Assembly (NCBI GenBank): GCA_900540495.1 | Contig: UQGA01000010.1 | Location: 20-64,019 of the forward strand | Direction: 5' to 3' | Length of the DNA: 64,000 nucleotides | Origin: an uncultured Eubacteriales bacterium | GTDB taxonomy: Bacteria; Bacillota; Clostridia; Christensenellales; CAG-138 | In this document: in pieces, positions 29,430 through 38,384 of the stretch | Layout of the letters: each line of letters begins with the position of its first letter | Position numbering within the stretch: position 1 is the first letter of the stretch | The notes under the pieces: model-generated | What the model was told of the DNA's origin: nothing | The model's input: the letters and a program-made list of their open reading frames with translations, nothing else | Databases searched by the model: none | Made by a program: the position numbers and the translations under genes

Positions 29430-29609
29430 TTATACGTTCCATGCGCCAAATATGCCCATGATCTGCGACGCGACAGCCGACACCAGCGACAACCCGATGG
29501 CCGTCGCCGTTGCGGACCGCAGACCGCCTTCCGGCGTCATCAGCTCCGCTGCCGCCGCCAGCAGCGCCATCACGGCCAGGCGGATGAACAACGCCAAGAA
29601 CTGCTCCAT
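29430..29609 (-). CDS. spoIIIAF: stage III sporulation protein AF, short form (59 aa, below ORF-track cutoff)
   Basis: Hand translation after GGGGGA gives MEQFLALFIRLAVMALLAAAAELMTPEGGLRSATATAIGLSLVSAVASQIMGIFGAWNV. This resembles the two-TM N-terminus of SpoIIIAF, and the ORF sits exactly between spoIIIAE and spoIIIAG. Confidence 0.55.
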   Translation of the reverse strand: MEQFLALFIRLAVMALLAAAAELMTPEGGLRSATATAIGLSLVSAVASQIMGIFGAWNV

Positions 29610-29623
29610 ACGATTCCCCCGTT

Positions 29624-30878
29624 CTAAACGACCATCGAAATACCGGTCAGCCCCGTCAGCAATGCCACGGTTATGAGGAACATCAGCGCCACCGACAGCG
29701 TGGCGGCAAACAGAAACGAGAACATATCCGCCGCCGCCGCATACATCGCCGGCAACTGTGCGCCGGCAATCGGCTCCGACAACGCTCCGGCAAGGCGCAG
29801 CAGCAACATCTGCACGGCAAGGCGAAGCAAGGGGAGCAGCGCGACCGAAACCGTCAGCAAAATCGCCGCAAGTCCCGCTGCGTTCTTGACCAGCAAGGCG
29901 CAGCCAAGCATGGTATCCATCGTGCCGGAGACCATGCCGCCAACCATCGGCACGAGGCTCGAGGCGGCGTATTTTGCCGTGCGGATCGCCACGCCGTCAT
30001 AAGCTGCGGCGGTCATGCCGCGTACAGCCGTGGTCCCCACATAGAGCACGGATACCGCGCCGATGATCCATTTTGCCAGCCGCTTGAGGAGCCCGGCCGT
30101 TTCTCCCATGCGCACATGCGGGCTGAGCGCGCCGATCAGGCCGATTACGCCGCCCGCCACGGCAAGCGGCACCACCCCAGCCCGCATGACGCCCACGACC
30201 GTGCCGCAAAGCGCAGTCATTGCCGGCTGAAACACGCCGGCGGATGCAACGCCGCCAATCGCGGTCAACAGCAGCATCAACACCGGCAATGCCAGCTGCA
30301 TGAACGTGGACAGGGAGTCCATGCAGGACAGCACGAGCGCGACCGGCGAGAGCGAGGCCGCCAGCACTGCGGCAAGCGCAAAGCAGCGGCAGACAAAACC
30401 GGCGACGTCCTGCACGCCCGTCTCACGTCCTACGGAGAGCGACTGCACCATCCCTGTGAGAAAGGACAGACCTACCAGGGTCAGCAGCAGGCCGGCAGAG
30501 GCTCGCGCCTCATCGAGCAAGAGCGCGCCGAGCGCATCCAGCAGCGGATCAATGCCCGTCTCCGGTCCCGCGGCCGCCCATGAGCCGATGAGCGTTTCCA
30601 AATCTGCATCCGCCCAAAGCGCCCGGATATTCTCCGGCAACGTCGCCAGAAACGCCTGCCATTGCGACAAATCCAATTCGCCAAGCCAGGCGTCCACGCC
30701 GTCCTCAATGGAGATGTCCCCCGTTTCCCCCGCGTCTCCCTCGCCGGACTCGTCGCTGCCCGCAGCAGCCATCTCCCCGCTCAAGGCAGCCTCCCACTGC
30801 GCCAGTGCGGGCCGGGCAGCGGTCAAGATCCAAAGCGCGAGCAGCAACGCGAACAAAGGGAACCCCCGCCCTCTCACG
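29624..30878 (-). CDS. spoIIIAE: stage III sporulation protein AE
   Basis: This is the C-terminal approximately 418 codons of the 555-aa track ORF. It encodes a polytopic protein with a signal-like start (GTG 30878 overlapping the spoIIIAD stop) and SpoIIIAE-type repeats (GGVASAGVFQPAMT..., VPMVGGMVSGTMDT). Confidence 0.85.
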
Positions 30879-31272
30879 GCGCTGCCCGGCGCAGCAACTC
30901 TGCTGCTGCGGAAAGCATGGCGACCGCTGCGGGCAACGCCGCCGACAGAATCAAAATCCGGCCCGCCAGCTCCACCTTTGCGGCTGCCGCCGATTCGCCC
31001 GCATCCCGACAGATCTGCACGCCGAACTGCGCCAGATAGGCCACGCCGATGATCTTGAGCAGCACCCCGAGATAGCCGTCGTCCACGCCGTACTGCTGCG
31101 CAACCGTGCGCAGCGTATCGATCACCCCCGTCAGTTCGCCCACGACGCTGAGCAGCACGACGATGCCTGTGGATACGCCGATGAGCAGCGACAACTCCGG
31201 GCGAAAGCTGCGCACGGTGACGGCAAGCGTTACGCCGAGTACCGCCAACCCAACGATTGTAAAGATGCGCAC
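30874..31272 (-). CDS. spoIIIAD: stage III sporulation protein AD
   Basis: 132-aa four-TM protein. LKIIGVAYLAQFGVQICRDAGESAAAAKVELAGRI is the SpoIIIAD signature. Confidence 0.85.
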   Translation of the reverse strand: MRIFTIVGLAVLGVTLAVTVRSFRPELSLLIGVSTGIVVLLSVVGELTGVIDTLRTVAQQYGVDDGYLGVLLKIIGVAYLAQFGVQICRDAGESAAAAKVELAGRILILSAALPAAVAMLSAAAELLRRAAP

Positions 31273-31324
31273 GCAGCCAGCCTCCTTTCACTCGCGCCCG
31301 GCCCCGGGCCTGCCCGCAGGCGCG

Positions 31325-31522
31325 TCAATACAGATTGAACACCTGTCGCACGCTGTTGAGCAGCTCCTCCACCATGTCGAGCATCATGAGCAGCCCGATG
31401 ATCAACCCGGCGATGGCGGCAATCGTTGCGATCTCATCCCGGCCGCTCTGCTTGAGCAACTGGGTCACGATGGCGGCAATCACGCCAACGCTGGCAATTT
31501 TGAACAGGATCTCGACCCCCAT
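31325..31522 (-). CDS. spoIIIAC: stage III sporulation protein AC
   Basis: ORF 31325..31606 trimmed to Met29. MGVEILFKIASVGVIAAIVTQLLKQSGRDEIATI matches SpoIIIAC (65 aa). Confidence 0.85.
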   Translation of the reverse strand: MGVEILFKIASVGVIAAIVTQLLKQSGRDEIATIAAIAGLIIGLLMMLDMVEELLNSVRQVFNLY

Positions 31523-31532
31523 ATGCACCTCG

Positions 31533-32048
31533 TCACAGCAGTAATATGGCGACCGCCGCGCCGCACAGCACGCCCATCGCGCGGTAGACGCGGCCCTTGC
31601 TGCCATAGGCTGCGCCCGCCTCCTCCCGTCTTCGTTCTAATTCCGCGAGCGCCAGGTTTGCGTTTTGTTGCTCCCCGTGCAGCGCGGCGGAGCCAAGCAC
31701 GCCCATGAATGCGCGCAGCACCTCACGATCGCCGGGATGCAGTGCGGCGAACGCACGGTCGTGCAGCAAGGCCCAGTCCTCGGCCGATCCCCATGCCTCC
31801 GGTGGCGCCGCTCCCCTTTGCAGCGCCGCCGCAAACGCTTTTAGTACGGGCGATGCAACGCCGCAGGCGCCATCGCCGACCACGCGCCACAGCGGAAGCC
31901 GCTCGTATTCCATGCGCAGGAGCATCCGGCGGACAGCCGCGGTGAGATCGCCCAGCATGTTGCGGCGCAGGGCCAGCCGGGCGGCGCTGCTGCGGCCAAG
32001 CAGAACGCCGCACAGGAAAACCGCCGTCACGAGGAGCGGCCGGGCCAT
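31533..32048 (-). CDS. spoIIIAB: stage III sporulation protein AB
   Basis: 171 aa with an N-terminal TM and a GspF-like helical domain. The position within the operon fits. Confidence 0.8.
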   Translation of the reverse strand: MARPLLVTAVFLCGVLLGRSSAARLALRRNMLGDLTAAVRRMLLRMEYERLPLWRVVGDGACGVASPVLKAFAAALQRGAAPPEAWGSAEDWALLHDRAFAALHPGDREVLRAFMGVLGSAALHGEQQNANLALAELERRREEAGAAYGSKGRVYRAMGVLCGAAVAILLL

Positions 32049-32998
32049 ACCGCATCCTCCGCCGCAAGCTGGCGCAACTCGCCGTTGAACAGGCCCTCCA
32101 CCGTACCGGCCCCACGGCTGCGCCCAAGCAGAACATAACGATCGAACAGCCGCGCCCGCAGCAGTTCCCGCAGCGGCGCGCGCGCCAGCAACGTTTCCGG
32201 GCTGCCGGCATGCACGCCCGCCAACAGGCGCACGCCGCAGGCTGCCGTTTCCTGCGCGGCTTGCACATCCTCGTCGGTACTCAATTCGTCGGCCACGAGC
32301 ACCTCCGGCGACATGGTCGTGACCAGCAGCCGCATGCCGGCCGCCTTTGCACAGCCCGAAAGCACGTCCGTCCGCGGTCCCAGGTCAAACTGCGGCACCC
32401 CGCGCAGGCATCCCGCCAGCTCAAACCGCGTATCCACCACGGCCACGCGGCACGGCCGCACGCCGGGGCCTCCCTGCGCACAGGCCCGGGCGAGATCGCG
32501 CAGCAGAGTGGTCTTGCCACACCCGGGCGAGGAGAGCACCAGCGTGGAGAGCGGCAGCCCCGTGCCGTCCGCCAAAAGCGGCAGCACCGGCGTCGCCGCG
32601 CCTTCCACCGCACGGCTGATGCGAAAGTTCAACGATGTAACGTCCGTCAGATGCGCGAGCACGCCGCCCTGTCCGATGGCTCGCCCGCACACGCCGACGC
32701 GATAGCCGCCGGGCAAGGTCACAAAACCGCTCTTGAGCTCCTCCTCCCAGGCATAAAGCGACTGTTCGCACACGCGCGCAAGCGTATCGGCGCAGTCCCG
32801 CGCGCTTACGGCCGCGCGGCCGCCCACGGCGTAGATCAGCCGTTCATAACCTGTGAAGCAGAGTTGCAGCGGCTGTCCGGCGCGCAGGCGTATCTCTTCC
32901 AGCGGCGATTCCCCGTCCACCGAGGCGAGCATCTCCTGTACGCGAAGCGGCAGATACGGCTTGAGATCCTCCTTCCAGTTTCGTTGCTGCATCTTCAT
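32027..32998 (-). CDS. spoIIIAA: stage III sporulation protein AA (secretion-type ATPase)
   Basis: EEIRLRAGQPL, Walker A SSPGCGKTTLLRDLAR and Walker B LVADE. It is the first gene of the operon. Confidence 0.9.
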   Translation of the reverse strand: MKMQQRNWKEDLKPYLPLRVQEMLASVDGESPLEEIRLRAGQPLQLCFTGYERLIYAVGGRAAVSARDCADTLARVCEQSLYAWEEELKSGFVTLPGGYRVGVCGRAIGQGGVLAHLTDVTSLNFRISRAVEGAATPVLPLLADGTGLPLSTLVLSSPGCGKTTLLRDLARACAQGGPGVRPCRVAVVDTRFELAGCLRGVPQFDLGPRTDVLSGCAKAAGMRLLVTTMSPEVLVADELSTDEDVQAAQETAACGVRLLAGVHAGSPETLLARAPLRELLRARLFDRYVLLGRSRGAGTVEGLFNGELRQLAAEDAVWPGRSS

Positions 32999-33054
32999 TT
33001 GTCAGCTCCTTTCCTTCATGGGGCAGCGGATGGCCCGTCAGGCCCGTCCAACAC

Positions 33055-33083
33055 ACTATATGTAGGCAAAACGGCGTATATTT
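33055..33083 (-). promoter_or_regulatory. possible sigma-E-type promoter of the spoIIIA operon
   Basis: On the minus strand, AAATATA, a 14-nt spacer, then CATATAGT, about 55 nt upstream of spoIIIAA. This resembles the sigma-E consensus (ATATT ... CATACA-T). Judged by eye only. Confidence 0.3.
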
Positions 33084-33175
33084 CACTTGTGGAAAAAGAA
33101 AAATCGGGTTAAAATAATGAAAGAAGCAAATCAGAACGCAAACCGCACGATGAAACCTGGAAATGGAGGGTAACT

Positions 33176-34369
33176 ATGCGCATCCGCTGCACGGAGGAAC
33201 TGCACGAAAACGGCGGCCCGGGACGCTTTCTGCTCGCGCGGGCGGAGGACGCTCTGGCTGAGTTGATCGCCGCTTACGAGGGCGCCGTTACGCTCATCTA
33301 TCTCGATCCGCCATTTGGCACGGGCGATACCTTCCGCCTTCGTCTCGGCAAGGGGCGCCGCCAGCTCGCGTTGCCCGCGTTTGACGACCGGATGGACGAG
33401 GCCTCCTATCTTGCGTGGATGCGCACCGTGCTCGCCGGCTGCAAACGCCTGCTTGCGCCGGATGGGAGCCTGTACCTCCACATCGACTACCGCATGAGCG
33501 CGCAGTTGCGGCTGATGCTCGATGACATTTTCGGTCGGAACAACTTCATGAACGAGATCATCTGGTGCTACAAATCAGGCGGGCGGACCACGCGCCGCTA
33601 TTCGCGCAAGCACGACACGATCCTTTTCTACCGCAGGAGCGCGCGGGTGTATTTCAACATTGCCGCCGTCGGCGAGCCTCGCGGTCCGCAACGGCGAAAC
33701 CACATGAAGCGCTTTGTGGATGAAAATGGGCGCGTGTGCTTCTCCATTCGTTCAGGCGGCAAGCTGTACACCTACTATGAGGACACGCCCGTCTACCCGA
33801 CGGACGTGTGGACGGACATCGAGCATCTGCAGCAGCGCGACCGCGAACGCGTGGGCTATGGCACGCAAAAACCGGAAGCTCTGTTGCGGCGCATCATTCT
33901 TGCCTCCAGCCGGCCCGGCGATCTGATCATGGACCTGTTTTCCGGCAGCGGTACGACCGCCGCCGTTGCCGGCGCGCTGGGGCGGCGATTCGTCGCGGTG
34001 GATGCCTCGCCGTTTGCCATGTATACTTTGCGCGCCCGGCTGCTGGCCGCAAGCAGCGTGCGCTCCCTGTTGACGGGCGACCACGCGCTGCTCCTTCGCT
34101 ATCCCGCCGACGATGTGCCGGCAAAAATCGATTACACCCTGACGCGGGAAAACGGGCGCTGTGCCGTCCGGCTGTCGGCTGCCGTCCTGGCGGACGGGAA
34201 GTACCCGCTTGTCTATGCGGCGCTCGGTACTGCCGAAGGGGAACGCTTTTTGCCCCAGGCGGTGAACTGCGCGCCGGAATTGCCGCTGCGCCTCGAAATG
34301 CCGGAGGTGGGCGAGCCGGTGCTGCAGGTGACCGATGCGCTCGGGCGGCAGGCGTTTTTCCGCCTGTAG
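33176..34369 (+). CDS. beta-class (motif IV before motif I) DNA methyltransferase, probably N6-adenine; orphan
   Basis: Motif IV LIYLDPPFGTGDTF is near the N-terminus and motif I DLIMDLFSGSGTTAAVA is downstream. A roughly 110-aa C-terminal extension has no recognised family. No nuclease gene is adjacent. Confidence 0.85.
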   Translation: MRIRCTEELHENGGPGRFLLARAEDALAELIAAYEGAVTLIYLDPPFGTGDTFRLRLGKGRRQLALPAFDDRMDEASYLAWMRTVLAGCKRLLAPDGSLYLHIDYRMSAQLRLMLDDIFGRNNFMNEIIWCYKSGGRTTRRYSRKHDTILFYRRSARVYFNIAAVGEPRGPQRRNHMKRFVDENGRVCFSIRSGGKLYTYYEDTPVYPTDVWTDIEHLQQRDRERVGYGTQKPEALLRRIILASSRPGDLIMDLFSGSGTTAAVAGALGRRFVAVDASPFAMYTLRARLLAASSVRSLLTGDHALLLRYPADDVPAKIDYTLTRENGRCAVRLSAAVLADGKYPLVYAALGTAEGERFLPQAVNCAPELPLRLEMPEVGEPVLQVTDALGRQAFFRL

Positions 34370-34520
34370 GAGCGGGAAAAATCGCCCCCGCAACGGCTGG
34401 AAGCGCATCATTGGCCGAACCCGGCGGCAGACACGCCGGCCATCGGCAAGGGGCCCGCGGCTCGAGATGCCGCAGGCCCCTTGGCATAATGATCCGTAAG
34501 ATACAACAGGGCGGCGCCGC

Positions 34521-35087
34521 CTAATCCGCAGGTGGCAGCGCAAGGGACCGGTCTGCGCCGAGCAGCATCGCATCCTGATCGTCGTGTGTTGCGACCACAA
34601 TCAACCGAGCGGAAGCCCGAATCAGGGCCGCCGCCTGCTCCCGGCGCGTCTCGTCAAGTCCGTTGAAAGGCTCATCGAGCAACAATACGTCATCCGAATA
34701 GGCAAGAGCGCGCGCAATCGCCACCCGCCGCCGCATCCCTCCGGAAAGCGCGGGCGGCCGCAGCGCCAGCGCATCGGAAAGATCCAACTGCATAAGAAGT
34801 TCCCGCGCACGCGCCTCGTTCGACACGAGAGAAACGTTCTGCAGAGCGGTGCGCCATGGCAAAAGGCGATCTTCCTGAAAGACCATCGAGATCCTGCGTC
34901 CGGCAAGTCCCGACACGGAGCCGGCATCCGGCTGCAAAAGCCCCGCCAGTACGCGCAGCAGCGTCGTTTTGCCCGCACCGGAGACACCGCGCAGCGCGAC
35001 GGCCCCCTCATCCGGCAGGGAGGCCGAAATTCCTTGCAGCGCCACGCGGTCGCCAAAGCGAACAACAATGTCCGACAGCACGATCAT
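34521..35087 (-). CDS. ABC transporter ATP-binding protein (NitT/TauT-like)
   Basis: ORF 34521..35459 trimmed to ATG 35087, which overlaps the permease stop. Walker A GVSGAGKTT, signature LSGGMRRR and Walker B LLLDEP are present. Confidence 0.85.
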   Translation of the reverse strand: MIVLSDIVVRFGDRVALQGISASLPDEGAVALRGVSGAGKTTLLRVLAGLLQPDAGSVSGLAGRRISMVFQEDRLLPWRTALQNVSLVSNEARARELLMQLDLSDALALRPPALSGGMRRRVAIARALAYSDDVLLLDEPFNGLDETRREQAAALIRASARLIVVATHDDQDAMLLGADRSLALPPAD

Positions 35088-35830
35088 GGCCGTATCCTCC
35101 GCATCAGGCGGACCAACACCCGCTCGAGCAGCATGGAGAGCACGATCACGCACAGCGTCCACGCAAACAGATCCGCCGTCTCCAGCGTCACCTTTGACCG
35201 GTACAGATAGCTGCCCACGGCAAGCCGCGGAAGGGCAAGGATTTCCGCCGCAACGCCGGCTTTCCAGGCGAAACCAAAAGCCGTCGAACAGGCGGCAAGC
35301 ACGTTCGGCAGCGCCGAAGGGGCGTAAATCTCCCGGATGCGCTGCCTGCGCGAAAGGTGAAAGGCGTGCGCCATCTCGAGCAACGCCGGGTCCGTGGCGC
35401 GCACGGCTTCGAGAACGGACGCCCATACGGTCGGCAACACCATCAACAGCGCAATCCATACCGGCACCATGCCGGAGGAAAACCAGAGCAGCGCCAGCAG
35501 GATAAAAGAGGTGACGGGCGTGGCCTTGACCACGCTCCGCAGGGGTGAAAGGAGCGCATCCGCAAAGCGCGACGCGCCGGACGCCGCGCCAAGCAGGACG
35601 CCGGCCACCGTGCCGAGCGAGAAGCCCAGCAGCACGCGTCCAAGCGTCAGCGCGATGGCCGCGTAGCTGTCGGGCGCCGCCAGCAGCGAAAACAGGCGAC
35701 GGATCGTCAGCACCGGGCCCGGCAGCAACAGCGGGCGCGCGACGACCGCCGCCGCAATCTGCCAGAGCAGCAGATATACGCCGGCGGTCAAAACCGTCCG
35801 AACGATTCGATTGTCAATCCAGCGACGCAT
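35084..35830 (-). CDS. ABC transporter permease (SsuC/TauC/ThiX-like)
   Basis: ORF 35084..36001 trimmed to MRRWIDNRIV (ATG 35830; 35839 is an alternative). It is polytopic and has the EAA-like region LEMAHAFHLSRRQRIREIYAPSALP. Confidence 0.8.
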   Translation of the reverse strand: MRRWIDNRIVRTVLTAGVYLLLWQIAAAVVARPLLLPGPVLTIRRLFSLLAAPDSYAAIALTLGRVLLGFSLGTVAGVLLGAASGASRFADALLSPLRSVVKATPVTSFILLALLWFSSGMVPVWIALLMVLPTVWASVLEAVRATDPALLEMAHAFHLSRRQRIREIYAPSALPNVLAACSTAFGFAWKAGVAAEILALPRLAVGSYLYRSKVTLETADLFAWTLCVIVLSMLLERVLVRLMRRIRP

Positions 35831-36764
35831 ACAGCGCATCGTCCGGCAACGTACCGCCAACGGACGCAGGATTTGCATCAAACAGGACCTGCAACATGGC
35901 GGCGGCCTGCCGCATCTCCTCGCCGGTGATGCAGACGATGTTGCAGTTCGGGATGGCGCGAGCCGCAATGTCCTCCGAGCCGACGATGCCCAGTTCAGCA
36001 ATGAGCTTGGCGGCCCCGTCCTCGCTCACGACGCGCGCCGCAGAATCCGCCGCCGCTTCGACAAAGGCCTTGACCGCTTCCGGCTCTTCCTCCAGCACCG
36101 AGCGGCGCACGATATAGCAACCCTGGAGCAGCGCGGTGTCGGACACGGCGTCCCACTCTGCCGTCAGGTCGAGCGCAACGCGGGCGACGTCGCTCTTGAC
36201 CAGCACGGACGACACGTTCGGTTCCGGCAGCATGGCAAGCTCCACCTCTCCGGCGGCCATCATCGCGGCCAGCGTCGCATGCTCGGCCAGGTATTCCACC
36301 TCCACCTGCCCGGTCAGGCCGTTTTTCTCCAGCAGATACGCCAGCACATACTCCGGTGTGCTGCCCTGTCCGGTCGCATAGAGCTTTTTCCCCGCAAGGT
36401 CGGCAAACGACTGCACGCTCTCCCCGTTTTCAAGGATGTACAGCACGCCGAGCGTATTGATCGCGATCATGACGGCCTCGCCCTCGGTCTTGTTGTAGAG
36501 CGTGGCGGCCAGATTGATCGGTATGGCGGCAATGTCAATTTCGCCGTTGATGAACTTGCCGGCGACCACGTCCGGCGCGTCGAACATCTCCACGTGGTAG
36601 GCGTCCGTCTGCTCCGACATGACATACGCAAGCCCCATGCCAGTCGGTCCCTTCAGCGCGGCGACGTTCAACACGATCTGCGGTTTTTCCTGCGCGCAAC
36701 CAAAGCACAGCAACGCAATCATGGCGGCGAGCAGGACGGCAAGGGTTCTTCTGATGGTTCTCAT
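35814..36764 (-). CDS. ABC transporter substrate-binding lipoprotein (NMT1/THI5 / SsuA-like)
   Basis: Lipoprotein signal with lipobox LLCFGC, and NMT1-like periplasmic-binding composition. Confidence 0.8.
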   Translation of the reverse strand: MRTIRRTLAVLLAAMIALLCFGCAQEKPQIVLNVAALKGPTGMGLAYVMSEQTDAYHVEMFDAPDVVAGKFINGEIDIAAIPINLAATLYNKTEGEAVMIAINTLGVLYILENGESVQSFADLAGKKLYATGQGSTPEYVLAYLLEKNGLTGQVEVEYLAEHATLAAMMAAGEVELAMLPEPNVSSVLVKSDVARVALDLTAEWDAVSDTALLQGCYIVRRSVLEEEPEAVKAFVEAAADSAARVVSEDGAAKLIAELGIVGSEDIAARAIPNCNIVCITGEEMRQAAAMLQVLFDANPASVGGTLPDDALYASLD

Positions 36765-37438
36765 GGTTCGATATCCTCCTTTGGATACAATACGATGGTT
36801 CGTTGATCGCGCCGGATACGTCCTTCCCCCTCCAGCGCGTCAAGCGCACGGTACAGTGTGGCGCGGCCCACGCAAAGGGCTTCCGCCAGCGCGGTCATGC
36901 CAAACGGGAGTTTGCACACATTATCCTGCGCATTGTTCTGCAAAAACAGCAAAAGCCGCTCCTCCACGCTCGGACGAACAAACCCCTCTATCCGCTGGTT
37001 GAGAAAACGAATGCGGCCGGTCAGATAGCGCATGTAGTTCTCCGCCAGCCGAAAATCGCCGCGCATCATATCCAGCAGCGCCGCTTCCTCCACCAGCAGC
37101 GCTCGAACGGAGGCTGCCGCGCGAATGCTGACCACATAGGGAGCGTCCGCATCGGCAAACAGGGTCGCCGCGCCAAACAACTCGCCCGTATGCAACACGC
37201 TCATGAGCATGGTGTTCGTTCCGCCGCGTTTTTCCACCGTGGCGGAGCCGGCGAGCAGCACGCCAAGGCTGTGGAAAAACTGCGTGGGAGAATAGATGGT
37301 TTCCCCCCGCCGAAACGCGGCGATTGAAACGCCCTGCCGCTTGAGCAGGGGCGCAAGCGCCTCCTCCGGCAGGCCTGCAAATAGCTGCGTTTGACACAGA
37401 ATGTGCAGGTCGCTCTGCCTGTACGCGGGAAAAGCCAT
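36761..37438 (-). CDS. Crp/Fnr-family transcriptional regulator
   Basis: ORF 36761..37534 trimmed to ATG 37438 after GGAGGGAG. It has a cNMP-binding beta-roll and the C-terminal HTH MTALAEALCVGRATLYRALDALE. Confidence 0.8.
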   Translation of the reverse strand: MAFPAYRQSDLHILCQTQLFAGLPEEALAPLLKRQGVSIAAFRRGETIYSPTQFFHSLGVLLAGSATVEKRGGTNTMLMSVLHTGELFGAATLFADADAPYVVSIRAAASVRALLVEEAALLDMMRGDFRLAENYMRYLTGRIRFLNQRIEGFVRPSVEERLLLFLQNNAQDNVCKLPFGMTALAEALCVGRATLYRALDALEGEGRIRRDQRTIVLYPKEDIEP

Positions 37439-37627
37439 AACTCCCTCCAACTGTCTCATTTGAGACGAATATACATTACCACGACTCCCCCGACGCGTCA
37501 AGGCCCTATTTTGTAGCGCGATGATCGCGCGCAATCCGGCCTGTCCGTCTCATTGGCCGGCCGCCAGAGCCCCGGTTTTTCCCCATACCGCTTGTCCAAT
37601 GCACGACAGATGGCGTATAATGAGTGC

Positions 37628-38383
37628 ATGAAGATGATATCGTGGAACGTGAATGGGCTGCGCGCCTGTATGGATAAGGGGTTCCTTGCCTTTGTGGAGG
37701 CGGAAGCGCCCGATGTGCTGGCCCTGCAGGAAACAAAAATGCAACCGCAACAGGCGGCTGTTCCGTTGGCCGGATACCGGCAGTACTGGAACAGCGCGGA
37801 GAAGAAGGGTTACTCCGGTACGGCGGTATTCTGCCGCCGTGAGCCGCTGCAGGTCACCCGCGGGCTTGGCGACGCAGCGTTCGACAGCGAAGGGCGCGTT
37901 ATTACGGTGGACTTGGGCGACCTGTATTTCGTTACCAGCTATTCGCCCAACGCACAGGAAACGCTTGCTCGGCTCGACTTCCGCATGGCGTTTGAGGAGG
38001 CGCTGCGCGCCCATCTGCTTGCTTTGGACGCAAAAAAGCCCGTCGTGCTCTGCGGCGACCTGAACGTCGCGCATCAGGAGATCGACCTCAAAAATCCTGG
38101 CCCAAACCGCGGCTGCGCCGGCTTTACGGACGAGGAGCGCGGAAAATTTTCCGAGCTGCTTGCCGCCGGCTTTACCGACAGCTTTCGCCTGCTCTATCCG
38201 GATGCGGTGGGCGCTTACTCCTGGTGGAGCTACCGCTATGGCGCGCGCGCACGAAACGCGGGTTGGCGCATCGATTACTTTCTCGTTTCCAACAGGCTGG
38301 CCCCGCGCGTGCGCGACAGCCTGATTCGAAGCGATGTATACGGCAGCGACCATTGCCCCGTCTGCCTGCTGCTGGAGGATTGA
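37628..38383 (+). CDS. xth: exodeoxyribonuclease III
   Basis: ORF 37553..38383 trimmed to MKMISWNVNGLRA. LALQETK, GDLNVAH and SDHCPV motifs are present. Confidence 0.9.
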   Translation: MKMISWNVNGLRACMDKGFLAFVEAEAPDVLALQETKMQPQQAAVPLAGYRQYWNSAEKKGYSGTAVFCRREPLQVTRGLGDAAFDSEGRVITVDLGDLYFVTSYSPNAQETLARLDFRMAFEEALRAHLLALDAKKPVVLCGDLNVAHQEIDLKNPGPNRGCAGFTDEERGKFSELLAAGFTDSFRLLYPDAVGAYSWWSYRYGARARNAGWRIDYFLVSNRLAPRVRDSLIRSDVYGSDHCPVCLLLED

Positions 38384-38384
38384 C

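Noticed and set aside
29624-31291. The 555-aa minus-strand ORF read as one large protein.
   Set aside because: Only the C-terminal approximately 418 codons are SpoIIIAE. The N-terminal part runs out of frame across spoIIIAD (30874..31272), which has its own clear signature. A GTG at 30878 overlapping the spoIIIAD stop gives a normal SpoIIIAE.
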